Made by a program: the position numbers and the translations under genes. A stretch of DNA of 64,000 bases from contig CM052837.1 in the NCBI GenBank assembly GCA_028534125.1, forward strand, positions 3,286,001-3,350,000, given 5' to 3'. Shown in pieces: positions 21,968-33,330 of this stretch (position 1 is the first letter of the stretch; each line of letters begins with the position of its first letter). The notes beneath the pieces were generated by a model. That model had not been told where the DNA came from. It saw nothing but the letters and a program-made list of their open reading frames with translations, and searched no databases. Origin of the DNA: Lama glama (lineage: Eukaryota).

Positions 21968-24261
21968 ATGGATATTTACGACACTCAGACCTTGGGGGTT
22001 GTGGTCTTTGGTGGATTCATGGTGGTTTCTGCCATCGGCATCTTCCTGGTGTCGACATTCTCCATGAAGGAGACGTCGTATGAAGAAGCTCTAGCCAACC
22101 AGCGCAAGGAGATGGCAAAAACTCACCACCAGAAAGTGGAGAAGAAAAAGAAGGAGAAAACAGTGGAGAAGAAAGGAAAGACTAAGAAAAAGGAAGAGAA
22201 ACCCAATGGGAAGATACCTGACCATGAGCCAGCCCCCAACATGACTGTCCTCCTCAAAGACCCGGTGCGGGCACCGGCAGTGGCCGTGGCTCCAACCTCA
22301 GTCCCGTCCCCTGTGGTCATTGCCCCCATGGCCACGGTACCAGCCATGCCCCAAGAGAAGCTGGCTTCTTCCCCTAAGGACAAAAAGAAAAAGGAAAAAA
22401 AAGTGGCAAAGGTGGAACCAGCAGTCAGTTCTGTGGTCAATTCTATCCAGGTTCTTGCCTCAAAGGCTGCCATCTTGGAAGCTGCTCCCAAGGAGGTGCC
22501 TATGGTGGTTGTGTCCCCAGTGGGTGCCAAGGGCAGTGCCCCAGCCACCAGCACTGCACAGGGCAAGAAGGCAGAGGGGGCCCAAAATCAGGGCAAGAAG
22601 GCAGAGGGGGCCCAAAATCAGGGCAAGAAGGCAGAGGGGGTCCAGAACCAGGGCAAGAAGGCAGAGGGGGCCCAAAATCAGGGCAAGAAAGCAGAGGGGG
22701 CCCAAAATCAGGGCAAGAAAGCGGAGGGGGCCCAAAATCAGGGCAAGAAAGCAGAGGGGGCCCAAAATCAGGGCAAGAAAGCAGAGGGGGCCCAAAATCA
22801 GGGCAAGAAAGCAGAGGGGGCCCAAAATCAGGGCAAGAAGACAGAGGGGGCTCAGAACCAGGGTAAGAAAGGAGAGGGGGCTCAAAATCAGGGCAAGAAG
22901 ACAGAGGGGGCTCAGAACCAGGGTAAGAAAGGAGAGGGGGCTCAAAATCAGGGCAANNNNNNNNNNNNNNNNNNNNNNNNNNNNNNNNNNNNNNNNNNNN
23001 NNNNNNNNNNNNNNNNNNNNNNNNNNNNNNNNNNNNNNNNNNNNNNNNNNNNNNNNGGGTAAAAAAGGAGAGGGGGCCCAGAACCAGGGCAAGAAGGCAG
23101 AGGGGGCCCAGAACCAGGGTAAAAAGGCAGAAGGGGCCCCCAACCAGGGCAAGAAGACGGAGGTGGCTCAGAACCAGGGTAAGAAAGCAGAAGGGGCCCA
23201 AAATCAGGGCAAAAAGGTAGACGGGGCCCAGAACCAGGGCAAGAAGGCAGAGGGGGGCCAGAACCAGAGCAAGAAGGCAGAGGGGGCCCAGAACCAGAGC
23301 AAGAAGGCAGAGGGGGCCCAGAACCAGAGCAAGAAGGCAGAGGGGGCCCAAAACCAGGGCAAGAAGGCAGAGGGAACCCCCAACCAGGGCAAGAAGGCAG
23401 AGGGGGCCCCCAACCAAGGCAAGAAGGCAGAGGGGGCCCAGAACCAGAGCAAGAAAGCAGAGGGGGTCCCCAATCAGGGCAAGAAGGCAGATGGGGCCCA
23501 GAACCAGAGCAAGAAGGGAGAGGGAACCCCCAACCAGGGCAAGAAGGCAGAGGGAATCCCCAACCAGGGCAAGAAGGCAGAGGGGACCCCCAACCAGGGC
23601 AAGAAGGCAGAGGGGACCCCCAACCAGGGTAAGAAAGCAGAGAGCGCCCAGAATCAGGGCAAAAAGTCAGAGGGGGCTTCCAATCAGGGCAAAAAGGCTG
23701 AAGGGGCCCCCAACCAGGGCAAGAAATCAGAAGGGGCCTCTAACCAGGGCAGAAAAGCAGAGGGGGCCCAGAATCAAGGCAAAAAGGCAGAGGGGGCCCA
23801 GAATCAGGGCAAAAAAGAGGAAGGTACCCCAAACCAGGGCAAAAAGGTAGAAGGAAGCCCCAATCAGGGCAAGAAGGCAGAAGGGACCCAGAACCAGGGC
23901 AAGAAGACGGAGGGGGCTCCCAACCAGGGCAGAAAAGCAGAGGGGGGCCAGAATCAGGGCAAAAAGTCAGATTTGGTTGTTAATCAGGGTACAAAGGCAG
24001 ATGGTGTTGCAAACCAGGGGAAAAAAGCCGAAGGCGCCCCCAGTCAAGGCAAAAAGGCAGAAATCACGTCGAACCAGGGCAAAAAGGCAGAAGGGTCCCC
24101 CAGCCAGGGCAAAAAGGTGGATGCATCAGCCAATCAGAGTAGAAAAGGAGACTCAGCTCCTGTCCAGGGCAAAAATGCAGATATGGTCCAGAGCCAGGAG
24201 GCGCCAAAGCAAGAGGCTCCTGCAAAGAAGAAGTCTGGGTCAAAGAAGAAGGGTGATTCCG
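21968..24261 (+). CDS. RRBP1: RRBP1 exon 3 coding part (exon starts 21947): N-terminal TM anchor, Lys-rich region, decapeptide repeat domain
   Basis: MDIYDTQTLGVVVFGGFMVVSAIGIFLVSTFSMKETSYEEALANQRKE is the RRBP1 N-terminus; acceptor tttgacAG|GTG at 21946/21947; donor G|GTAAGT at 24261/24262 (phase 1); 100-N gap at 22957-23056. Confidence 0.98.
22559..24194 (+). repeat. RRBP1: Coding 30-bp tandem repeat encoding (N)QGKKAEGAQ-type decapeptides, >=52 units
   Basis: 13 full units plus a partial one before the gap; 38 unit starts (CAG every 30 nt, 23055-24165) after it. Confidence 0.97.
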
Positions 24262-24344
24262 GTAAGTGGCTCTGATTTCTTTATAAACTTGGAGGGGAAA
24301 GCTATCTTTAAAACACTTACGGATTCCCTTTGGGGAGGCCATCT

Positions 24345-24812
24345 GTATGTTGTATTAGATGTTGCCAAAACAAGGCTGCATAACAAACATCCCAGAATTC
24401 AGTGGTTTACTGCAGCAGTCACTTATGCTCGCTCCTGTTTCTGTTGACGCAGCTGGAGGTTGCCTGATCTGGGTTTTCCTGGCTAGGTGGCTCTGCTCCA
24501 CACTGCAGTTTAATTGTTTTGGCTCCCGCTGCAGGTCGAGTGTTGGTCTCCTCCACGTGTGTCCGTTCTGGGGCCCGGGCCAAGGCATCAGTGAGTCTGG
24601 AGGGCAGAGGCCTTCCTCGTGGTTATGGCAGAACTATCAAAGGGCACTTTTCAAACCAGCATCCTATTGGCCAAAGCAAGGCACGTGGCTGAGCCCAAGT
24701 CAAGGGACAGGAAGTCCATTGCCTCCAGCAGGAGGGACTGCAGAGCGACATGGGGAGAAGGTGTGAGTTGGAGAGAGAGAAGAATTCGGAGCAGTGACTC
24801 CATCCACCACAT
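24345..24812 (-). mobile_element. MLT1 (MaLR) solo LTR
   Basis: gctgcataacaaacatcccagaattcagtggttta and ctattggccaaagcaaggcacgtggctgagcccaagtcaaggg are typical of MLT1J/K/L-type LTRs. Confidence 0.75.
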
Positions 24813-25779
24813 GGTGTAGAACAGTTCCGTGTGTTGGCAGTGGTAAACGAATGGCTGCGTTCGGTCAGCCTGTTCTGCGTTCTCACCTCACCCAGTGCTT
24901 TAGCATAGCGTTGTTCTTTTCTGTGTGTTTGTTGAGTGAGTAACAGTAGGATAATGCTTCTAAGAAGTGATGGCATCCACAGCCCTGCCTCCCGGTTTTC
25001 CCTCTTTGGTACCCGCCACCCCAGTTATTTAATGGAGTGCCTTAGAACATTAAAATAGATATTATAGATCAGACACATATTAGATAATGTAGAATACGAA
25101 TTTCCCGTTATCTTTTGGTGCTCATTGCTATAGAAATTAAGCCAGTGAGTTCCTGTTTCATGTTATCATTCATTTGGTACAGTAGGCTTTCCCTCCCTCC
25201 CTCCCGCCCTCCTTCTTTCCTCTCTTCTTACTCTGTGTGCAATTGCTCACGTGCTCTCTTGATTTCTTTCTTTCTTATATTAGCTATTAGTTGGTTTGGG
25301 AAATTAATTGTATTTATCTTGATGAGGTACCTTAGGGGCTCTGAAATCCTGGGACCTGAGCCAGGTGGACAGGGCCCTGTGTTTGCAGCTGGGTTTCCCT
25401 CTCTTGCCCCTGTGTGAAGCTGTCTCACTTTTTCTCCATTTCCTCCTCCCCCCAGCTTTTGCGGGGGACATTTGCTCGGGCGGCACTCTGCTCCCAGTCA
25501 GGGGACCTGTCCCGTGTGAGTGGCTTTGGGCTCCTACCGAGGCTCACGGACCAGCCTGCCTTGCCTTACCGGTCACATCAACCTCTCGGGCCCTTTGAAA
25601 ATCCAAACACTGAGCCACTGTCCTGTTTTGAAGGTGATGTTCCATTTGACCAAGGGACAAGGGCGTTTGAGACAGAAGATGGGTGGAAATGAGACCCTGC
25701 CTGTTTTCTGGCTCTCCCACATCAAGTGTGTTCAGACTAGAACTTCCTATGGTCATTAGTACCATGTATGGCTTTAGAC

Positions 25780-26640
25780 ATTTGAAATAAGGTGTGAAAC
25801 AGAAACAGATGATAATATTAGAAAGGAAGGCAAAATTGTCCCCATTTGTAGGTAATAAAGAGCCTTGTTAGCAGAAGACCTAATTTACAACCTGTATGAA
25901 CCCACAAAGCAGTTCGACTGAGGTGGTATAAGAGGACGGTGGAACAGAGGAAATACCATGGTTCAGGATGAAAAAGACTAAATGTTGTAGTTTCATCCCC
26001 AAGTTAATTTAGTAGCTTACTGTTCTTCCTGCTGAAATTTCAGTGGGCTTAATGAAAGTCCCACCTCGAGGGGAAAATAAACAAGAATACTGAGGAGGTT
26101 TTTAAGTGCCTTTTGGAAGGCTGGTTTTGTCTGATGTGTGAACGCATTCCCAAACTGCTGTAATTATGGTAGGATGCTGGCTCCAGGCCAGCAGGTCAGG
26201 AAGAGAGTGGTCCTAAGCAGACTGTGTGGCACCTGAGCACTTCAGTGAGGGGAGGAGAGAGGTTCAGCCACTGATCTTGGGCAGCGTGTGCCAGGTTTGG
26301 AAGGATCTGCTTATTAGCCCCCTCTAAAAATGTAACGTTTAGATGAATTAAAGTAAAAAGAAACCGAAACCTAGAAAGTATAAGAGCTGGCCAAAATTAG
26401 TATTGATCAGCCCAGGTGGTAGGAAGCTGTGACGCCAAGATCACAGGGAGAAAATCGCAAAGGCCGGTGCGGGGTGCTGGGCCACACGCCAGCCACATAG
26501 CCCGGCAGCCAGGACTGTGTGCGGACACTGCCTCACCGGGTGCTGTGTGGTCGATGTGACACCTGAATGTGAATTTTTTCTTCTTCAACTCTGAAGAGTC
26601 TGAAAACATGGAAACATACCTTCTTGCAGTTTCTTTTTCA
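25780..26640 (+). mobile_element. Degenerate L1ME-type fragments
   Basis: aggcaaaattgtccccatttgtaggt, ataccatggttcaggatgaaaaagactaaatgttgta, tttagatgaattaaag ORF2 remnants. Confidence 0.5.
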
Positions 26641-26774
26641 TCTTCCTGGCTGTGCTGTGGGATTTTGGCCCCGTTTGCCCGTGGTTGGTGTGCAGAGCCA
26701 TCTTGAGGCCCTCAGGGTGGATGTGGGCCCTCCCCCAACTCCACAGAGATCCCCCAGCCCACTCCGTGCAGGGC

Positions 26775-26930
26775 CCCTCAAGCTCTAATGTGGGGATGAA
26801 TCTCCGGGGATCTTGTTAGCATAAAGACTCCGACTCAGTACTTCCGGGCGGGGTCTGAAGTCCTGCATTTCTAACCAGCAACCCTGAGATGCTGGTGCAG
26901 TTGGTCCCAGGCCCACACTTGGGGGGTAGT
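26775..26930. mobile_element. MER5A-like hAT fossil
   Basis: ggggatcttgtta...gactcagta...ggggtctgaagtcctgcatttctaaccagc...gatgctggtgcagttggtcccaggcccacactt. Confidence 0.75.
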
Positions 26931-27784
26931 CAGGGCCCCCGAGTCTGCCGAGGGTCGGGGGGCAGGAAAGAGTGATGAGTTCTTTCCCTAAGGGCTTGTC
27001 TCATCCATGAAGGACTGTGGCCGGGGAGGGGAGCGGTCAAGTGTGGGCCTCTCTCCCGGTCAGTTCGGGTATCCCCAGATGCAGGCATGCAGTTTAGAGC
27101 TGGCTCTGAAGACCCTTCCCAGGTCCCATGTCACAGTGTGTTTGGGGTTAGGGGCCGTTTTGTGTCTTGGGCCCTTCTCCGCGCCAGAGCCCTGATCATT
27201 GCAGGGATGTCCCCGCCTGTGCGGCGCTCACTCCCGCTGCCTCGTCCCCCAGTTCTCAGCAGAGTTGCGCAAGCCACAGCTGGTGGTTGAGGGTGTGAGG
27301 GACAGATATGGGGAATGGTGATCCGGTGGGGATGGAGGGCTCCCCTGCGATCACACCTTGGTTGTGGGACTCGGTGTTCCAGTGTTAGTCTGACCCATGT
27401 TGAGCTTTTGTGGCTGTGGCCCCGTTGCCACGTGGGAAGCAGGCCATGTTCTTGTCACGCAGTTATTCCTCGTGTCCTGTGCAGAAGGCTGAAGTCAGCC
27501 CTGGCTGCCCGCCCTTGGTTTCCTTGCCTGCCAGCCATGACTGTGTCAGTTTGGGGCCAGCTTCTTCAGACCCACATGTACCCACCTCAGGGGAACTGTG
27601 GACAGAATCCGGGCTGGGCTGGTGAGGTGTCCTGAAGACCATGCTACGGGGGTTGGGAAGATGGGTGGGGAGTGGGTTCTGCATCAAGCAGGCCAGGAAG
27701 AGAGCTTAGGGGAGGGGACCTTGACTTGGGCAGGGAGGGGCCATGAGGTTTCACCGTGGGTACCAGAGAGCTAGGGGTCTGGGA

Positions 27785-27962
27785 CTGTGCTGGCCAGTAT
27801 GGGAGCTGCTAGTCACATGGGGCCATTTAAGTCAACATTCAAATCAATCAAAAGTCAACAAAATGAAAGACTCAGTCACATGGCCAGTGGCTACCCTTTT
27901 GGACAGTGCAGATGAAAACCGCCTGCATCAGTACACAAGGTTCTACTGGACAACACTTCTCT
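27785..27962 (-). mobile_element. MER3-like hAT fossil (internally deleted)
   Basis: cacatggccagtggctacccttttggacagtgcagat...gttctactggacaacac. Confidence 0.7.
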
Positions 27963-28449
27963 AAATAGGAGCCACTGGGACAGAGGTGGCCCTGTGAAGG
28001 TGGATGCTCCTCTGCAGCCCTGTTGGCATTGTGAGGCTCCTGCCCCACTGTTCTTCCTGCCCTTGTCCTGGGTGGGCTGGGACTGAGCTCCCGCCATCCT
28101 CCCGATCCACAGTGAGAGGTCACAGAGGCTATGCCTGGTCTGTGACACGTGGCAGATCAGCAGCAAAACTAGCCCAGGAGCTGGTCTGCCAGAGATAGGG
28201 TGGCTTCCTCAGTCACATGGGCTGTCCCTGTCTTGTTACCTGGTCGTCTCAGCAGGGCCCTCACTGACAGGAGCCCCAGAGGAGACTCCTGGAGGCAGGC
28301 ACAGGACATGCTTCTGCAGGCCCGAGCTGGAATTATTCCAGAACTTCTGATCTGATTTTCCTACAAGAGCAAATCGAGGCCTTGTGACAGATATTTACTG
28401 CTTGTTGGTGGCCGGATTTGACAGTGACCACCTGCCTTCCTAATCCTTT

Positions 28450-28990
28450 TTCAAATTTATTGTGTAAATATGTACTTCCAGCAAACAAAATTTGAACAAT
28501 ATGGAAGCGTGGAAGGTGAAATTGGTTGTCTTCCTTTCCACTCCATGGCGGGCACCACCCACCTCCCCAAGGGAACCCCGGGGGTGCTCTGCTCTTCACC
28601 CTGACAGCGTACCATTGGGGCCTGTGGTGCGCAGAGATGGAGCTTATTACTTCCCTTGCTCACCAGTGTGCTGGTGACATCTTTCCAGATGCACCTGCAG
28701 AGCTGCCGCGTTCATATTCTGTAGCATGAATGTATCATAATTTATTTAAATGATGTTAAATAGCGTGCTGTTCTTTTGCTGCTAAAATTAATGGTGCAGT
28801 GACGTACGTGTACTATTGCGTGAGTATCTCTATAACGTAAATTCCTAGGAATGTAATTGCTAAGTCAAAAGGTAGGTGTATTTTTAATCTAGGGAGACAG
28901 CTCACGTTGCTGTCCAAGGGCCTGTCACGGTGGGCGTCCTCCCAGTGGTGTCCTGGCACCTGCCTCCGACCTCACTGCTCACGTTACTCC
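28450..28990 (-). mobile_element. Old L1ME-type fragment
   Basis: atgaatgtatcataatttatttaa...taaattcctaggaatgtaattgctaagtcaaaaggta. Confidence 0.65.
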
Positions 28991-31900
28991 ACAGAGGTGG
29001 TGGTCATTTCAGGGGCCTCTGTGAACCAGGTGCAGAATAAGGAGAAACACTTGTTTATGAAACAGAAGGTTCTTTTCTCGGTGTCTGGAGAAGAGGGAAT
29101 TCATGGAATCACAGCAAAGTGGAAATTTCCTGGAAGTGAACCTTTGAGTGTTTGCAGCCCCGTCCAGGCCTCTGCTGGTTCGCTCCCCGAGAGTCACCTC
29201 AGCGAGAGCTCGTGTTGATCAGGAGAGCTCAGGAAGCGTGTGGACGTGGTGATGGTTTTGGGTACCGTCCACTCCAGCTCCTGGAAGTGAGTCCGTGCGT
29301 GTGGTGCGGGCAGGGCCTGGCGACCCAGACACTCAGACGTGAGAGGGACAGGAGGTACCTTCTGGAAACTCCACTTTGGGCCCAAGCCCAGGGACTCGTG
29401 TCTGCTGAGCGAGGTGGGCCCTCTGGGGTGGGGGACCCTCCCGTTGCACTCTACGCCCTGGCTTTATGCCAGACCCCGTCCCTGTCCATGGACACGGGCC
29501 GTCTACTCTGGGGCCAGAGGCCACCACATCAGGGCGCAGGAGCCTCCAGGAGGCGGGAAACGCCCTTGGACACAGGCCCTCACGAGCCAAGATGGCCGAG
29601 CCCGACACACCACACGTCCATGTGGGAGGAAGGCCCTTTCTGTGGGGAGGACTGTGGGTGAATTTCATTACCTTCCCTTCACCCTTCTGCATTTTCCAGT
29701 TTTTCTCTAATGCGCATTTCTTGTTAATGGAAGAGAAACAAAAACTCCATTATTTGTGAGTTGAATAGGCCCTTCTTGTACCAAGTGGAGCTCCTATCCT
29801 TTCGGGCACCAGGAGGCAGCCCAGCCCTGACCTCGGGGCCCTGAGCATCCCCTGAGCGGCAGAGAGGACTCCTTGCTACTTCGGGGGCCCAGGCTGAGGA
29901 AGAAAGCGGCCAGTTCTTCTCAGCCTGTCCCAGCCCTGGGCTCCAGCCTGAGGTCAGATGAGAGTTAAAGGTGGTTCCCGTGTCAGGGAACCTGGCAGCA
30001 TCCTGGGGGCCCGTCAGCTCCGCGTCATATGGAGCCTCGCCGGCTGCTCCTGCCGCCGCCGGACCACAGGAAATGGCACGGGTAGAGTCGTGTTCTGTAA
30101 CCTAATGGGGCAGGGGCCAGACCTACCAGGAGACTATAGTCGGCGAGTCTGTAGCTGAGCAGGGCCTCAGCTGCCGCCGTGTGACTGGACAGGAGCAGCA
30201 CCCCTTCCTGCTGGGCCACCCCCGCCCGCCCGGCCTCTGTGCGCTGCGGGCCTGCTGGGCCACCCCTGCCCGCCGGGCCCCCTGCGCGCCAGCGGCTGTG
30301 CGGTGAGGGGCTCCTTCTGTGCATCTGTCCCCGAGTGTTCTCTAAGGTGGGTCTGCAGTCTTACCTGTTTCCTGGCAGCAGAAACCAAAGGTCATCCCTG
30401 TTTGGAGACATCCCGGAAGGGCGGGATGGGACCCTGGGCCTGGGTCTCCATCTGCAGCTGCCCAGGCCCGGCCCCCGGCAGCCGCCCTTCGACTCCCTCA
30501 GAGGGAGTGTCGAGATTATGTTTGATCCTCTCTTGAACTTAACTCAGTTTCTCAGGGTCAGAAGCTCTGAAGAAAGCTGCAGGGCGTATGAGCTTTTACT
30601 CACTTCCACGTAAGTTCTTCAAACCCAACTTTGTTCTTCTTTTCTAAAAGAACAAAGCATCCCCTAGGGAAGCGAGTCTCGTGTCGGTGGGGCACTGCCA
30701 CATCTCAGAGCGGCGCTGGAAGGCGTCCTCCAGAGCCCTCCGTTCAGTCCTCTCCAAACACGGCAGCGCTGGGGCTCCCACCGCTGCCCACAGCCGGGCG
30801 GGAGGCCTGTGGTGGCCCGTCCCTGGGCTTCCGCGGGCGGCTGTCAAAGCAGCACGCTCACCTCAGGCCTGAGGGGGGCCTTGCCCAGGGCCCTCGAGGA
30901 GCTGCATTACTTTAAGAAACACTGTGATGTGTTGTATTTCTTTTTTTCAGATATAAAATTGATTTTGTTAAAATTTGAGGAAAAAAGCAAAAGTATAAAG
31001 AGAAAAATAAAGTCATTCAATCTACAGGATTTAAAAAAAATTTCCATCAGACACCATTATCTGTAGCTTAATAGATTATTTTTTTCTCTAACCAAATGGG
31101 AAAGCCTGATTCGAAGGCCCCAGATCGGTCCCTCCTGACAGTATTTGTACTTTGCTCCAGTGCACTTAAAACACCACGTGCTGGTGTCCTGGGCCGCGAA
31201 GGCCTGGGGCAGCCGCTGCCCTGAGACCTGCATCCTGTCAGGAGGGAGACCAGCCCTGGACGGTACTGGGCTTGGGCTTGAGGGGGGCTTCGAGTTGGCC
31301 GCCTGTGTTCTGCCCAGGACCCTTGACCGCTGTGACGGGGACAAGCAGCCTCGAGGGTGGCAGGAGCTGCAGCTGTGCCTCTGATGCATTTGGCGGAGCT
31401 TCCACGAGGGCCTCGAAGGGTTGCTTCCCCAAAGGCTCCCGAGGACCCTGCACGGCCGCCGTGCGTGCACCAGCAGCTGGTGGAGAGGCCAGCTGTGATG
31501 CTGGCCCAGGTGCCTCATTTCTGGAGACGGGTGTGCCTGCCAGCTTCTCTGACTCAGGGGCTCGCCCTCTGGACTTGAGGTCAGTGGGAGCCAGGAGTTC
31601 GTCTCTGAATCAGACAGGTGCTTGTGTGGTGCTGACTCCAGGAGGCACTGGGGAGCCCTTCCTGGGGCCCCGGGCCTTTGACCTGAGTTTGGCTCAGGTA
31701 TTGGAGATGTCAGGGCCTGATGGGCTTCCCGATGTTGGGGTCTGGCTTCCTTTTGGGGGGCTTGCAGGGTCCCCTAACCCACACTGCTGGGGTGGCACCT
31801 GTGCGGGTGGCACCGGAGTCAGCAGCAGCCATTTGACCTGCAGCTCTGTGTCTGAGGCAGAGGCCTTCAGAACTGGTCTGGACGTTCCCTGAGAAGATGA

Positions 31901-32019
31901 GTGTCTTTGCCATTGGGATTTTCCAGCCCCGTAGACTGCACCACCATGGTCCTCTGTTGGAGTCTGTGGGTTGACACTGGGCCCCCCTCAGCCCTAGCCC
32001 CTGGCCCTGGGCTCTTTGC

Positions 32020-32430
32020 TGACCTGCCAGCCTCCAGCCCTGTCCCTCTGTGTGTCCTGAAGTAATTTTTCCCAAATGCAAACCTTGCTCATTGCTAGGT
32101 GTTGCTCCTTTGCCTATGCAGTGAAATCTGGATCCCTTGGGTGAAGACTGGGACCTACTCCAGTCTCACCTGCCTCCGCTCTGCCAGCCTTGCACCTGTC
32201 CTCACCGTTCCCCTTCCTGAAGCCCCAGCCCTCGCCTTCTCTCCACCCAGCAGTGTCTGGTGTGAGCATCTCCTGCATGAAAAGACTTTCCGGTGTGCAA
32301 GTTCCTGTCTGCGTGGCTCTGCAGCATGATTCTGTCCTGGGTCTCCTCTGCCTCTCCTAGCTGGAAGTCCCACCCAACCGGCCTTTCCAGCCCAGCGTTT
32401 TGCAGACTGCTGGGTACACAGTAGGTGCAT
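32020..32430 (+). mobile_element. LINE-2 3' fragment
   Basis: ttttcccaaatgcaaacctt...cagactgctgggtacacagtaggtgc. Confidence 0.55.
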
Positions 32431-33109
32431 ACTTTGTGTCTGGAGGCCCCCTGGACAGGGCTGCTGGGCACCAAGAGCTGGAGCCACTTGACACCCATCC
32501 TAGGGCCTGATGACGACCCCCCCACCTTGGTTACAGCTGTCGCCCAGGCAGTTCCTGCAACCTTCCCAGCACCCGTTGGGTGGTGAATTGGCCACGAGCC
32601 GTGCAGGGGCTCCCGGGACTGGACGCTGGAGGGGCTGCTGCTGAAACAGCTGTGTGAGGCCCCCGTGGCTGAGGCCTGGTCCCTATGCAGGAGGAGAGAA
32701 ATTCTCCCAGAAGGACCGCATGGCCAACAGGAAGAGAGGAGACCCCTAGGTGCCTTTCTGCAAGGCAGGTTTACTCCTAGGTGTTTCCGCATCCTAGGGT
32801 GACTGCACAGGGAGCTGAGTTTTGGAATCTGAGGTGTTACACTTGTTATCCAAGTGCTACGTGCTTCTTGGTTGAGAGCCCAGGGAGGCAGAGGGCTCCC
32901 CATTTTCCTTATGCGCTGCCCCCTTAACCTCGTGAGTGAGGACAGGGGTGCAAGACAGGAGCCAGAGGGTCCCCAGGCCGCAGTGCTTTGTCCATAGAGG
33001 GCGTGGGTGCTGGGACTTGTGCGTCGGTCATGGGAGCCAAGGGCAGAGTTGCTTCAGCCGCTAGGGGCGCTGTCCGCTCCGGGGGAGGGGTTGGCTAGGG
33101 TCTGGGATG

Positions 33110-33330
33110 CTCATGGCGCTGTTGTGCAGCGGCCTGCCCTATGCCCGGCATCATCCACGCACGTTGCCGTCTAATCTTCGCAGTGAGACTGTAGGGGAGG
33201 AAGGATTGTTACCCCCATTTCACAGAGGAGGGAGCAGTGGCAGAAAGAGGCAAAGCCACGTGTGCAAGGACGCACAGGTGGGAAGGAGCTGAGCTGGAAC
33301 TCGAGGCTGGGCCACCGGCTCCAGGGGCCT
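33110..33330 (-). mobile_element. MIR
   Basis: ctaatcttcgcag...ttacccccatttcacagaggaggga...caaggacgcacagg. Confidence 0.65.

Noticed and set aside
22957-23062. Apparent frameshift and stop suggesting an RRBP1 pseudogene
   Set aside because: Caused by the 100-N placeholder; all 23 coding exons are otherwise intact and in phase.
22123-23473. Antisense repetitive ORFs (PWFWAPSAFL, LLALILGPLC, CPDFGPPLLS)
   Set aside because: Shadow frames of the 30-bp repeat, with no independent promoter or splice evidence.
22559-24194. CRISPR-like periodicity
   Set aside because: Contiguous coding tandem repeat with no unique spacers, in a mammalian gene.
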